From Methanobacteriota archaeon (lineage in GTDB: Archaea; Thermoplasmatota; Thermoplasmata; SG8-5; JAGLSY01): a DNA stretch of 64,000 bases. The notes beneath the pieces are model-generated. The model was not told the origin of the DNA, ran no database searches, and saw only the letters and a program-made list of their open reading frames with translations. Shown piece after piece: positions 20,046-30,039 of the stretch. The stretch lies in NCBI GenBank assembly GCA_020696385.1, contig JAEHCQ010000001.1:544001-608000 (forward strand), written 5' to 3'. The first letter of the stretch is position 1, and every line of letters starts with the position of its first letter. A program made the position numbers and the translations under genes.

Positions 20046-21323
20046 TTATTGAATAAGCTCTTTCCCGCCCATATATTTGCGCAAGACCTCTGGAATTGTA
20101 ATTGTTCCATCCTCATTTTGGAAATTTTCCAAAATGGCCACCATAGTTCGGGAGGTGGCCAGTGCGGTATTGTTCAGCGTGTGGGGGATGGTCTTTTCCT
20201 TTCCGCCTACCTTGCCCATGCGGATCCCCAGTCGCCTGGCTTGATAGTCGGTGCAATTGGAGCAGGATGCGACCTCGCCATATTTGTCCTGGCGAGGGAA
20301 CCATGCTTCTATGTCATACTTTTTAGCTGCCAGGTTACCGATGTCCCCGGTGCAGACATTTACCACACGATATGGAATTCCAAGTAATTGGTACATTTCT
20401 TCTGTATTGGCCAGTAGTTCCTCATGATACTTCCAGGAATCCTCCGGTTTACAGAATATGAATTGCTCTATTTTGTTGAACTGGTGCATGCGGAACAGAC
20501 CTTTCGTATCCACGCCGTGGGCCCCGATCTCTTTTCTGAAGCAAGGGGAGAATCCGACCAGTTTCATGGGCATCTTTTCCTCATCCATTATCTCGCCCTG
20601 GAACATGGCGGCCATCGGGTGCTCGGAAGTGGCTATCAGATACAGGTCCTCGCCCTCTATCTTATACATCACATCCTCGAAGTCGCCCATATCCGTGACC
20701 CCTTCATACGGCTTGCGCTTGAGCATGAAAGGGGGCTCAACCAGTGTGTAGCCCTTACCGATCATGAACTCGGCCGCGAAATTTATGATGGCCAGATCCA
20801 GATAGGCCAGATCGCCCAAGAGGTAATTGAATCCCGCGCCGGAAACCCTACCGGCGCGGTCGAAGTCCGCGATGCCAAGATCTTCGGCCAATTCGGCGTG
20901 TGGTTTCAGATCGAAATCGAATTCCGGGGGCTGTCCCCACTTCCTCAGCTCCACATTCTTTTGATCATCCTCGCCCACTGGCACGCTTTCATGGAGAATG
21001 TTTGGCAAGATCATCTTCTTGCTATCGACTGAATCTTTCAGGTATCTGGTATCCTCATCCAACTTTTGAATTTCATCATTTATGTCCTTCATTTGATCAA
21101 GTTGTTTCGAGGCATCACCGCCAGCTTTCTTAATGCTGGCGATCTCCTTGGATATCGTATTGCGACGGGCTTTGAGCTCGTCGGCCTTGATATTCGATTC
21201 TCGCCATTTGGCATCATCCGCCAGAATGTCCTCGAGAACCTGCAATTTGTCCTCATCCTTTCGCTTGCGAAGGTCAGCCCTGATGATGTCTGGGTTATCT
21301 CTTATCAACTTGATATCCAACAT
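20046..21323 (-). CDS. serS: Serine--tRNA ligase
   Basis: MLDIKLIR, LIATSE, FRKEIG...GLFRMHQF, SCSNCTDYQARRL. Confidence 0.98.
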   Translation of the reverse strand: MLDIKLIRDNPDIIRADLRKRKDEDKLQVLEDILADDAKWRESNIKADELKARRNTISKEIASIKKAGGDASKQLDQMKDINDEIQKLDEDTRYLKDSVDSKKMILPNILHESVPVGEDDQKNVELRKWGQPPEFDFDLKPHAELAEDLGIADFDRAGRVSGAGFNYLLGDLAYLDLAIINFAAEFMIGKGYTLVEPPFMLKRKPYEGVTDMGDFEDVMYKIEGEDLYLIATSEHPMAAMFQGEIMDEEKMPMKLVGFSPCFRKEIGAHGVDTKGLFRMHQFNKIEQFIFCKPEDSWKYHEELLANTEEMYQLLGIPYRVVNVCTGDIGNLAAKKYDIEAWFPRQDKYGEVASCSNCTDYQARRLGIRMGKVGGKEKTIPHTLNNTALATSRTMVAILENFQNEDGTITIPEVLRKYMGGKELIQ

Positions 21324-21375
21324 TTGTCATTCTCCTCGATACATGATATCGAGAGAGAATGATAAGATATAAAAT

Positions 21376-24132
21376 TTACACCGTCTTGGCCTTTGCGGGC
21401 TTGGCAGGGGTCTTGTGCATCTTTCGGCGTATGACCTTTTCCAATTCCACTGCGAAGAACACGGAGCTGGATACCAGCACACACAGTCCCAATTCAAAGC
21501 CGTTCAATGCCGTTGTCCTGAAGACCTCGGCCAGTGGTGGCAAGTACACGACAGATAGCTGAAGAGCCGCACTGAAAGCAACTGCCCCTATGAGCCATGG
21601 ATTGACAAAGAACCTCTTCGATATCACGCTCTTCTCTTCCACATGCATGGCCATCACGTGCCACAATTGGAAGAAAGCGATAGTGATGAAAGCCATAGTT
21701 CTCGCATGATTATCAACGTACTCGGGAGTTCCCGTGGTCACACCATGCGCCCACTGGAATATTCCCAGTGTTCCGATGGTCATCAATGATCCGACCCAGA
21801 CGATGTGATAAGTGATCCCGCCGGCGAATATGGATTCCTTTGGATCCCTCGGCGGCCTCTTCATAATACCTTCCTCAGCCGGTTCAACACCAAGGCTGAG
21901 GGCGGGGAAACCGTCTGTTATGAGATTGATCCAGAGTATCTGAATCGCAATAAGTGGTAGCGGCATGCCGATCAAGGATGCGAGGAATATGACCAAGACC
22001 TCTCCTGAATTGGTGCTGAGCATGTACTTGACGAATTTACGAACATTATCGTAAATCGTACGTCCCTCGCCAATGGCCTCGACGATGGTGGCGAAATTAT
22101 CATCCGTGAGCACCATTTCAGAACTCTCCTTGGCTACATCTGTTCCGGTGATACCCATCGCGACACCAATATCCGCTGCTTTCAGAGCAGGTGCGTCATT
22201 GACACCATCACCTGTCATGGAAACTATATGGCCTTTGGCCTTCAGAGCTTTGACGATCCGCACTTTATGCTCGGGCGAAACTCTGGCATAAACATTCACA
22301 TCATCGACTATATTTTCGAGATCAGCATCAGACATGGCCTCGAGATCAAGGCCACGGAGGCTCTTGCCCCCCTCTGTGAAAATACCTAGTTCTGTAGCGA
22401 CAGCCTGGGCGGTCAATTGGTGATCGCCTGTTATCATCACCACCTTGATGCCAGCCTCTTTACATTTGGCCACAGCTTGCACCGCGTCAGATCTGGGGGC
22501 GTCCATCATGCCGATCATGCCCAGCAGGACGAAGGAGTGCTCCATTGACTCGTTCGCTTCTGGCTCCCCTTCTGGAATGTCTTTGTAAGCGATGGCCAAT
22601 ACTCGCAATCCCCTGGATGCCATCTCGTGATTCTGATCAACTATCCTGTCATATTCTTCTTTCGTGAATGGGACTGGCTGACCATCTTTCAGTATCTGAT
22701 CGCACTTATCGAACACGTACTCCGGCGCGCCTTTCATGTAAGCTATTATGTCATTGTCACGATTGTGGAAAGTGGTCATGCACTTTCTTTCTGAAGTGAA
22801 GTCCACCTCTCCCACTCTGGGTTCGAGCTCTTCGAGTTGCTCCTTATCAAGACCTGCTCGTTTGCCAGCTACTATAAGCGCCCCTTCCGTGGAATCACCA
22901 TGTATCACCCACAGATCGTCTTCTTTGATTATGGAGGAATCATTACAGAGTACCCCCGCCCTGAGCATGAGGTCCAGTTGGGAATGGTCCTCCAGTGATA
23001 TGTGCTGTGAATCATGCGTGAGCGTACCCTCTGGTTTGTAGCCATCACCCTTTATCTCGAATGTATTGGAATCTATGAAGACCTCTCTCACGTTCATCTT
23101 TCCTTCCGTCAGAGTCCCGGTCTTGTCACTGCATATGACGGTCACCGCTCCCAGTGTCTCCACTGATGGCAAACGGCGCACGAGAGCGTTCTTCTTAACC
23201 ATCTTCCTCATGCTGAGAGCTAATGAGATCGTGACAACGGCTGGCAATCCTTCAGGAACAGCCGCGACTGCCAAACTAACAGCGGTCAGGAATTCCTCCA
23301 CAACATGGGTCGGGTCCTTGATGTAGCTGACGAAAAAGACCACCGCGCATATACCGAGTATTGCCGCGCCTATGTTCTTGCCCAGCTTACCCAGTCTCTT
23401 CTGCAATGGAGTTTCTTCAGTCTCCTCGGCCTGGACCATACCAGCGATCTTTCCCAGCTCCGTGCTCATACCGGTCTCGATAACTATTCCCATACCGCGA
23501 CCGCGCTCGACAATGGTGCTTGTGAAGACCATGTTCTTTCGATCATTGATTATGACATTTCCACTCAGCGTGGAAATGTGCTTGCTGGTAGGTACTGATT
23601 CTCCGGTAAGTGAGGCCTCGTTCACCTGTAGATTTATAGCCTCTATCAAACGGCAATCGGCAGGCACTTTGGTACCCGCTGACAGGATCACTATGTCGCC
23701 CGGAACAAGATCCCTCGTGGGTATGACCTGGCTTTTCCCATTTCGGATGATGGTCGCTTGCGGAGCCGTCATCGCCTTCAGGGCGGCCATTGCTTTTTCG
23801 GCTTTGTACTCCTGAACAAAGCCGAAGACCGCATTGAACATCACTATGACCATGATGACCGCAGCATCGTACAACTCTTCATGTCCTTCTGTACTTTGCC
23901 AGCCTATAAATGCGGATATACCAGCAGCTATCAGAAGAATGATGACAAGAAAGTCTGTGAACTGTTGCAAAAATAGGCGAAGTGGAGATCTTTTCTTGGC
24001 TTCCGTGAGCTCATTTGGACCGTACTTTTCCAACCTTCCAGATACTTCGGTCTCGTTAAGACCATCCTTTGAAGAAGCAAGCTTATTGAATGTTTCTTCC
24101 ACCGATAGAGAGTGCCACTGACTGTCTGTCAT
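21376..24132 (-). CDS. Ca2+-transporting P-type ATPase (P2A-like)
   Basis: [42 protein letters not shown]. Confidence 0.93.
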   Translation of the reverse strand: MTDSQWHSLSVEETFNKLASSKDGLNETEVSGRLEKYGPNELTEAKKRSPLRLFLQQFTDFLVIILLIAAGISAFIGWQSTEGHEELYDAAVIMVIVMFNAVFGFVQEYKAEKAMAALKAMTAPQATIIRNGKSQVIPTRDLVPGDIVILSAGTKVPADCRLIEAINLQVNEASLTGESVPTSKHISTLSGNVIINDRKNMVFTSTIVERGRGMGIVIETGMSTELGKIAGMVQAEETEETPLQKRLGKLGKNIGAAILGICAVVFFVSYIKDPTHVVEEFLTAVSLAVAAVPEGLPAVVTISLALSMRKMVKKNALVRRLPSVETLGAVTVICSDKTGTLTEGKMNVREVFIDSNTFEIKGDGYKPEGTLTHDSQHISLEDHSQLDLMLRAGVLCNDSSIIKEDDLWVIHGDSTEGALIVAGKRAGLDKEQLEELEPRVGEVDFTSERKCMTTFHNRDNDIIAYMKGAPEYVFDKCDQILKDGQPVPFTKEEYDRIVDQNHEMASRGLRVLAIAYKDIPEGEPEANESMEHSFVLLGMIGMMDAPRSDAVQAVAKCKEAGIKVVMITGDHQLTAQAVATELGIFTEGGKSLRGLDLEAMSDADLENIVDDVNVYARVSPEHKVRIVKALKAKGHIVSMTGDGVNDAPALKAADIGVAMGITGTDVAKESSEMVLTDDNFATIVEAIGEGRTIYDNVRKFVKYMLSTNSGEVLVIFLASLIGMPLPLIAIQILWINLITDGFPALSLGVEPAEEGIMKRPPRDPKESIFAGGITYHIVWVGSLMTIGTLGIFQWAHGVTTGTPEYVDNHARTMAFITIAFFQLWHVMAMHVEEKSVISKRFFVNPWLIGAVAFSAALQLSVVYLPPLAEVFRTTALNGFELGLCVLVSSSVFFAVELEKVIRRKMHKTPAKPAKAKTV

Positions 24133-24191
24133 ATATGCCTGTATCTAATTGTTATACATAAAGATGTAGATGGGAATACCCTATACCCGGA

Positions 24192-24229
24192 AGCCTTTTC
24201 TTTTATCCTCGCCCGACACTGCTCGCTCG
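24192..24229 (-). repeat. Internally deleted copy of the 33129-33278 element
   Basis: AGCCTTTTCTTTTATCCTCGC is identical to 33130-33150; 24208-24229 matches 33257-33278 at 17/22. Confidence 0.75.
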
Positions 24230-24340
24230 ATAAATTGAGAATGCTGGAGATGAAGCTGAGTAGGTCATGGCATAGCAAATTACTATTTTTCACCAAGCCA
24301 TAAGCTGAGGTATAGACTGCTTATGGATGATCAAGGCCAC

Positions 24341-24625
24341 CTACTCAGATTTTTCAGCTGCGTCTTCGGCTGGAGCCTCGCCTTCTGCTCCTTCCTCGCC
24401 CTCGGTCGCTGCTGCTGCATCCTCTGCCTTGGCTGCTGCTGCCTCTGCGTCGGCTGCCTTGGCTTCTGAAGCGGCTGCGGAGGCAGCGGCTGAATCGGCT
24501 TGGATCTTTGCCATTTCCACCTTGCTGACGTACTTGCCCGCGTCCTTGTTGCATCTCTTACACAACATCAATATGTTCAACAGCCTTTTTCGGCCACAAC
24601 CCTTACATGTCCTGAGTACTTTCAT
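24341..24625 (-). CDS. Small basic CxxC-x11-CxxC protein with Ala/Glu-rich tail, function unknown
   Basis: 94 aa, AGAGGA SD, co-oriented directly after the DUF655 gene. Confidence 0.75.
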   Translation of the reverse strand: MKVLRTCKGCGRKRLLNILMLCKRCNKDAGKYVSKVEMAKIQADSAAASAAASEAKAADAEAAAAKAEDAAAATEGEEGAEGEAPAEDAAEKSE

Positions 24626-24662
24626 ATTAATTCCTCTGTTATATTTTCAAATGTGATCTTTT

Positions 24663-25211
24663 CTATTTTGCCACAAAGATGTGGTATTTCTGCTCCGCCT
24701 CTGAAAGTTCCTGCTCGATCCGCTTGGCTATCAGCTTATCTGGATGATGCACGGATGAAACGCGCTCACCAAGTTCTTCGAAGGAGACGAAAGGCTTCTT
24801 TTTCCTTTCATCTATGATCGCCCACATGGATTTCTTACCCAATCCAGGGAGCAATTCCAGCATGTGGAAGCGTGTGGTGATAGCCCTGGCATCATTGTAG
24901 AATTTGACAAAGAAATCCTCTCTGTCCTTTACAATTTCCAGAAGCACAAATGGCAATTCACTATGGGATGCATTTGTAAGATCCTCATATCTTATCCTGC
25001 GCTTGACATGCAATATATCATGCCTCAGCTCAGCATTTTTGCCAATATACACTCTATCGCCTATTGTCAGGGGGGCATTGTCTTTGGGTGTGAGCTCGAA
25101 TAATTTGAACTCACTTTCGCCTACAGCATATGCTATTGGTTCACGACGGAAGCCTCTTTTATCAGCTCTCCCGTGTGGTAGATGATCCAATATAAATGCG
25201 TAGTCTTCCAC
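24663..25211 (-). CDS. DUF655 family RNA-binding protein
   Basis: (M)EDYAFILDHLPHG...R.H.LELLPGLGKK HhH; follows rpoF; GTG start. Confidence 0.92.
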   Translation of the reverse strand: MEDYAFILDHLPHGRADKRGFRREPIAYAVGESEFKLFELTPKDNAPLTIGDRVYIGKNAELRHDILHVKRRIRYEDLTNASHSELPFVLLEIVKDREDFFVKFYNDARAITTRFHMLELLPGLGKKSMWAIIDERKKKPFVSFEELGERVSSVHHPDKLIAKRIEQELSEAEQKYHIFVAK

Positions 25212-25221
25212 AATATCCCGC

Positions 25222-25542
25222 CTAATCACTCTTCCTTATCGTCTCCAATATCTGCTCGATCAGATTAGCATCTAGCGCGAACCTTTCTTTCGCAAAGATG
25301 GTCCTGACCTCATCGGGATATCTAGGCATTATATCTGCCAACTTACAAGCGTGAAGCTCTGACAAAGGTTCTATCTTCTGGAGCTCTTCTACCAATTTTC
25401 TGGAAGCCTTGGCATCAAGTTTGGCGAATTTCAGGGCGTGAGCCAGTGCATAGTTCTGCTCCGTGTTAAGCTCACGATTTTCCTGTTCTTTCTCGAGCAA
25501 CTCCTTTACCTCTGCTAAAGTCAAACACTGTGTTTCAGAAAT
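25222..25542 (-). CDS. rpoF: DNA-directed RNA polymerase subunit F (Rpo4)
   Basis: LTLAEVKELL...EQ..AL.HA.KF...KLADIMP...EVRTIF; start either TTG 25524 or SD-positioned ATT 25542. Confidence 0.93.
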   Translation of the reverse strand: MSETQCLTLAEVKELLEKEQENRELNTEQNYALAHALKFAKLDAKASRKLVEELQKIEPLSELHACKLADIMPRYPDEVRTIFAKERFALDANLIEQILETIRKSD

Positions 25543-25546
25543 AATA

Positions 25547-25840
25547 TCACCCCTGCTTTTTCAGGTGCTCTGGAGCGACAATAAGCTGCTTTTCCTTGTT
25601 ACCGTGCTTCAAAGTCACGACGAAAGCATTGCCCTGCTTGCCAGTTATGATTCCGCATAAGCCTTGGAACCTGACATGCGGCATTCCACCATGAACACTT
25701 GGCTCAATAACTATATTGACCCTCTCGCCATTTTCAAAATTAGCGAATGTTTTGGTCAGTGGCGGCATGCCCTTCTGTCTCACGGATTTCCGCAAGATCA
25801 TTCTTGATCTACTTCTTATTCCTCTGGACCTTTTCACCAT
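25547..25840 (-). CDS. rpl21e: 50S ribosomal protein L21e
   Basis: MVKRSRG.RSRSR...GMPH.RFQG..G...PEHLK. Confidence 0.96.
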   Translation of the reverse strand: MVKRSRGIRSRSRMILRKSVRQKGMPPLTKTFANFENGERVNIVIEPSVHGGMPHVRFQGLCGIITGKQGNAFVVTLKHGNKEKQLIVAPEHLKKQG

Positions 25841-25841
25841 T

Positions 25842-27113
25842 TTAATCAGCCCCTGGATCATGACTGTCTAATATTTCCAGTACATCCAGTTCTTCTACTT
25901 TGATCTCCACACCCAACTCACCGGCGATGCTTGGGATGGTTCGGCCATCATCCCCGTGGACCAGTTCCTTGATATAGGTACCAGCTTCCGCGGTAATGGC
26001 AAATGCCACCCGATCTCCAGACAGTTCAAGAATGGAAATTGTTTTTACTTTCCTTTTCCTGATCTTATCTGCCCTTCGATGCTTCACTCTAGTGGGGGTC
26101 TTTTGATCGATCGTTTTCTCACCAAGAGATGCAACTACTTCTTTAAGCTTTTCCTCGGAGAAGTCACCTTGAATTATGCCTGATATCACATATTGTTTAT
26201 CTGACCTGGCACTCTTGATACGAACCACCTCGTCATTATTGGATGGTCGCATTTCTGTAGCCGAGGCTCCCAGATCAGAGTTTTCCAGAGCTTCCATTAT
26301 CTTATCCAATGGGAGGTCCCTTTTCTTCGGCTCCTTGATCTCGACCACAAATGGTCTACCCCTTCCTTTCATGAGGGCATCGATATCTTCCCTGCCCATA
26401 CCGTGGAATCTATGATCCTTTCCTCCGGAATACTTCATGACCTCCTGGGCGATGATCTCCTCCACACTGGTCTGATAAAGTTTGCCAGTATTGTTACATT
26501 TCTCGCAGCCTTTGCCCATGCAATGTCGACATGGCCATCTGGTCTGCGGAATCCCCCTCGTGTATTTTGTATATCTGCCATAAAGATACAATGACGCGAT
26601 CTGAAGACTAACGGACTCATACATCGTGTCTATGACGGTGACAATATGTGGCTTATTGAACTCCGGTTCCTTACCAGTTTTGGCATACACCAGCTTGCCA
26701 ACTTCCCTATTGAACTCGGCTTTTATAGGTTCGCCGAACTCCCCGGATACCTCCGACCATAACAGTTCCTCCTTCTCCACCAATTCGGCATCGAACTTGG
26801 ACCCGATCAGGAAGGTGTCATACTCCCATTCATTCATCTTTTCGATCGCCATGGAAGCAAATCTTGGATAATCATCGGTTATGCCTTCGCAGAGCCAGCA
26901 ATTTTCTGGCTCCGTGGGGTCGGGCACATCCTTCATTTTCTTTATTTCCTGTCCCCTTGCCAGATTGGACAGGCCTTCTTCAGCTCCATCCTGCCCGAGC
27001 TTGGCAAATGCCCTACCCAGGCATGTGAAACACACCCTGTTATCCTTCAGAAAATCAAAATCGATCTGATCCAATAAAGGTTCTATTCCGTCGTGAAAAG
27101 TCTTCAAAGTCAT
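25842..27113 (-). CDS. pus10: tRNA pseudouridine(54/55) synthase Pus10
   Basis: GRYTKYTRGIPQTRW, GREDIDA, QKTPTRV.HRRAD, GTYIKELVHGDDGRT.PS. Confidence 0.96.
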   Translation of the reverse strand: MTLKTFHDGIEPLLDQIDFDFLKDNRVCFTCLGRAFAKLGQDGAEEGLSNLARGQEIKKMKDVPDPTEPENCWLCEGITDDYPRFASMAIEKMNEWEYDTFLIGSKFDAELVEKEELLWSEVSGEFGEPIKAEFNREVGKLVYAKTGKEPEFNKPHIVTVIDTMYESVSLQIASLYLYGRYTKYTRGIPQTRWPCRHCMGKGCEKCNNTGKLYQTSVEEIIAQEVMKYSGGKDHRFHGMGREDIDALMKGRGRPFVVEIKEPKKRDLPLDKIMEALENSDLGASATEMRPSNNDEVVRIKSARSDKQYVISGIIQGDFSEEKLKEVVASLGEKTIDQKTPTRVKHRRADKIRKRKVKTISILELSGDRVAFAITAEAGTYIKELVHGDDGRTIPSIAGELGVEIKVEELDVLEILDSHDPGAD

Positions 27114-27168
27114 TGGAAGCACCAGCCTATTAAATTATGTTATATATTATTCTAATCCATTGATCCGA

Positions 27169-27444
27169 TCATTCCTTCCTTAAATAGATCTCGATGGACG
27201 ATACATTCGACTTCCTGCCATCTTCATTCTCCAGACTTTCGGTGTATATCTTGATATCATCCACCACGGCCGTTGTTATTACCTTGTTCCTTGTTATCTC
27301 GGCCACATCGACCGCCTTGCTTATGCTTCTACCCCTGGCCTTGATGGTCACCTTGCCAGCATCCCCATTGAGCTGGCCTGTCACTGCCAGAACATAGCTC
27401 ATTGTTTCTTTTTTGCCGATATATATTATATTGTCATCTGCCAT
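27169..27444 (-). CDS. albA: DNA/RNA-binding protein Alba
   Basis: IYIGKKE.MSYVLAV...KARGRSISKAVDVAE...NVSSIEI. Confidence 0.96.
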   Translation of the reverse strand: MADDNIIYIGKKETMSYVLAVTGQLNGDAGKVTIKARGRSISKAVDVAEITRNKVITTAVVDDIKIYTESLENEDGRKSNVSSIEIYLRKE

Positions 27445-27711
27445 CAATTCAGCTCCTGGGTTGATCATATACTTATTATAAGATTAACAATAAGTGATGA
27501 TATAAAAAGATATAGTTGGACAAATCTTGAGAGAGAGTGTGGAAGTGATGATGTTAAATTTAATTATTATTCAATATTATTAACGATAGTAATTGATTTA
27601 TTGTCAAAATGACCAGCCAGAATTATCCATATTGACACTTTTGACATATTCAATAACCGATAGGCTTTTATCATTATAGTGAACTATGGGAATCGAATTG
27701 GAGGAAGCTCA

Positions 27712-28407
27712 ATGAAGATCAAAAGAGTTAAGACCTTTATAAAGGGACTGGACAAGGAAATGAGTGGAGGCGTTCCAGAGGGTAGTGTTATACTTATAGC
27801 GGGAAAGCCTGGAACAATGAAATCTTCACTGGCTTTTAATATTCTGTATCACAATGCGAATATTGAAGATGTCAGTGGTGTCTATGTCACTTTGGAGCAG
27901 AGTAGAGAAAGCCTTTTGACCAATATGGACGGCCTGGGAATGAAGCTGGGCGGTCTGGAAAAAGAGATCAGTGTCCTTGATTTGGGAATGATAAGGAAGA
28001 AGCTCACCCAGCTCACCAATCAGACCTGGATGGAAGTCTTCAAGATGTACATCCAGAACCTGAAAAAGAACATGGACATCAAGGTCGTGGTAATTGATTC
28101 ATTACCAGTTCTGGAAGTCATGGCCAGGTTCCAGCATCCGAGAGAAGAATTATTCCATTTCTTCGAATGGCTGAGGGACATGGATGTCACAGCCTTCCTG
28201 ATAACCGAGATGCAGCAGGGATCGGACCAGTTCTGCAAGTACGATGAGGATTTCCTGTCGGATGGTATCATGCACCTTGACCTGAAAAGGGAAGGGAACC
28301 AAGTTAACTTATTCCTTGGTATTGTGAAGATGAGGCAGACCAGCCACAAGAGAGGGTATTCACCACTGATATTCGACAAGGATGGATTCGAGATAGTTTC
28401 GGATTAG
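27712..28407 (+). CDS. KaiC/RAD55-like RecA-superfamily ATPase (single domain)
   Basis: GLD..MSGG.PEGS, GKPGTMKS Walker A, VIDS, KMRQT.H; ATG after GGAGG. Confidence 0.9.
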   Translation: MKIKRVKTFIKGLDKEMSGGVPEGSVILIAGKPGTMKSSLAFNILYHNANIEDVSGVYVTLEQSRESLLTNMDGLGMKLGGLEKEISVLDLGMIRKKLTQLTNQTWMEVFKMYIQNLKKNMDIKVVVIDSLPVLEVMARFQHPREELFHFFEWLRDMDVTAFLITEMQQGSDQFCKYDEDFLSDGIMHLDLKREGNQVNLFLGIVKMRQTSHKRGYSPLIFDKDGFEIVSD

Positions 28408-28538
28408 TTCGAGCAGTATGTCATATAAATTGTTCAATATTCAGCGTAAGCCAGTATGAGCTCCGAGCAGGGGGACGGGTGCGAACCAGCGCAGGAGTGC
28501 AGGGTGGGGGAGTATCAATTGAATGGGGTGGGTGTTTC

Positions 28539-28664
28539 AGAAAGATTGACCTCCCCGCCCTTTGAACGGGGTTTCGAATAGGGGCTGTCACTCACTGAGA
28601 TATAGAATATAGTACCCCGCCCTCCTTTGGCCAATTGGGTCAATCAGACGTGGCATGCTTGCAT
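28539..28664 (-). ncRNA. IS200/IS605 right-end (TnpB reRNA/omegaRNA-like) scaffold, orphan copy 2
   Basis: Minus strand ends GAAA-CCCCGTTC-AAA-GGGCGGGG-AGG-TCAA; upstream TGAC can pair with terminal GTCA; paralogous to 19901-20027. Confidence 0.6.
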
Positions 28665-28726
28665 TAATCCGCATACACATTGATGAGAATATGCCATGCA
28701 GGCATACGATGTGCGGGCATATGCCT

Positions 28727-29920
28727 TCAATTCTTGGCCATGAGGAAGAACACTATGGCCGGGAAGACCAGCAGACCACCGATGACCATCATATTGCCCG
28801 GACCCATGGAATCCGTAAATAGTGAAATTACCACATCTCCAATAAGCAAGCCGATCGCGAAAACCATGTTCTTAAAGGATCCCATTGTCGCTCTGATCTC
28901 CGTTGGGAGGATATTCTGGAAATAAGGCTCGAATATCGGGCCAAAGGTCGACCATCGTATACTAAGAATTATGAGCACCAATGCGGCCAGCCAGGCCATG
29001 TCTACGAAGAAGATAATGACCATGACGAGGCCGAAAATAAGAGTGTGTACTGCGAGATACACACTCTTTTTCTTCGCTCTTTGGCCAATGGCCTTGGCAA
29101 GGAAGGGGATCCCGACACAGATCGCCGCGCCTATCGCGGTTATGTATCCGAAGAACTCGCGAGGAATGCCCATGACCTCCATGTAAGGCTGCCTGAGGAT
29201 CATGATGAACTCCCCACTCAGTGCGATGAATATCATGGCCAACAGTATGTAGAACACCTGCTTGTCACTGATAGAGAATCTCGCCCCCTCTCTGATATTC
29301 TGGCCAGTTTGTTTCATCGTTCCCCTGAGGTTCATTTTCGTGGGTACATGATGCTCCTTCTGCATTGCCAGAATGGGAAGGGTGGCAAGCATGGATATCC
29401 CACTGATATACCACACCATGTCCATACTCCAGTATTTCACTACAAGACCGGCCATTATGGATGCGAATATGAAACCCAGCATATTTATGGACTGGTCCTT
29501 GGCAAAGAAGTCATCTATCAGATCTTCTCTGTCAACTGCCTTGAAATTGTCCACCACCCAGGCCTCGACAGCCCCGGATATGAGAGTGACTGGCAACCCC
29601 CAGGCTGTGAATACGATTATCAGCAATATTGGGTCAGTGATGCTCGGGATGATCAGGAGAACGGATGCGAATCCAATGTAGCCAAGAATGGTCGATGCCT
29701 TGCGACCGAAAGCATCGGCCAATGCCCCAGTGGGAACTTCCAGCAGGGTCATTGAAAGCCCATTGAGACCCAGGGCGATGCCAATCACGGCAAAAGAAAA
29801 ACCCTGGTCCATGAGAAAGACTACCCAGTAGATCCAGATAAGGGCAAAACTGGATTCCAATATACTGTGAAGATAGAAAAGCTTGGTATGCTGTAATTCC
29901 CCGTCCTTGAATAGTCTCAT
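28727..29920 (-). CDS. MFS transporter
   Basis: About 12 hydrophobic segments; EVPTGALADAFGRK motif A; EIRAT.GS. Confidence 0.92.
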   Translation of the reverse strand: MRLFKDGELQHTKLFYLHSILESSFALIWIYWVVFLMDQGFSFAVIGIALGLNGLSMTLLEVPTGALADAFGRKASTILGYIGFASVLLIIPSITDPILLIIVFTAWGLPVTLISGAVEAWVVDNFKAVDREDLIDDFFAKDQSINMLGFIFASIMAGLVVKYWSMDMVWYISGISMLATLPILAMQKEHHVPTKMNLRGTMKQTGQNIREGARFSISDKQVFYILLAMIFIALSGEFIMILRQPYMEVMGIPREFFGYITAIGAAICVGIPFLAKAIGQRAKKKSVYLAVHTLIFGLVMVIIFFVDMAWLAALVLIILSIRWSTFGPIFEPYFQNILPTEIRATMGSFKNMVFAIGLLIGDVVISLFTDSMGPGNMMVIGGLLVFPAIVFFLMAKN

Positions 29921-30039
29921 TGTTCAGGTTCTAATATCGCCCACGATATAAGGGTTACCAAGGTATGCATGATCGTAGGAAAGATAACATAAATCATATA
30001 TGCTCGAAAGGCGGTCATCAATGATATAGGAGGGAAAGA

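Noticed and set aside
25530-25541. 12-nt match (GTGTTTCAGAAA) between the flank of scaffold copy 2 and the rpoF start region as a guide target
   Set aside because: It is short, omits the first two flank bases, and is compatible with chance in 64 kb.
29045-29755. 236-aa plus-strand ORF
   Set aside because: It is antisense to a clear MFS transporter and has no recognisable motifs.
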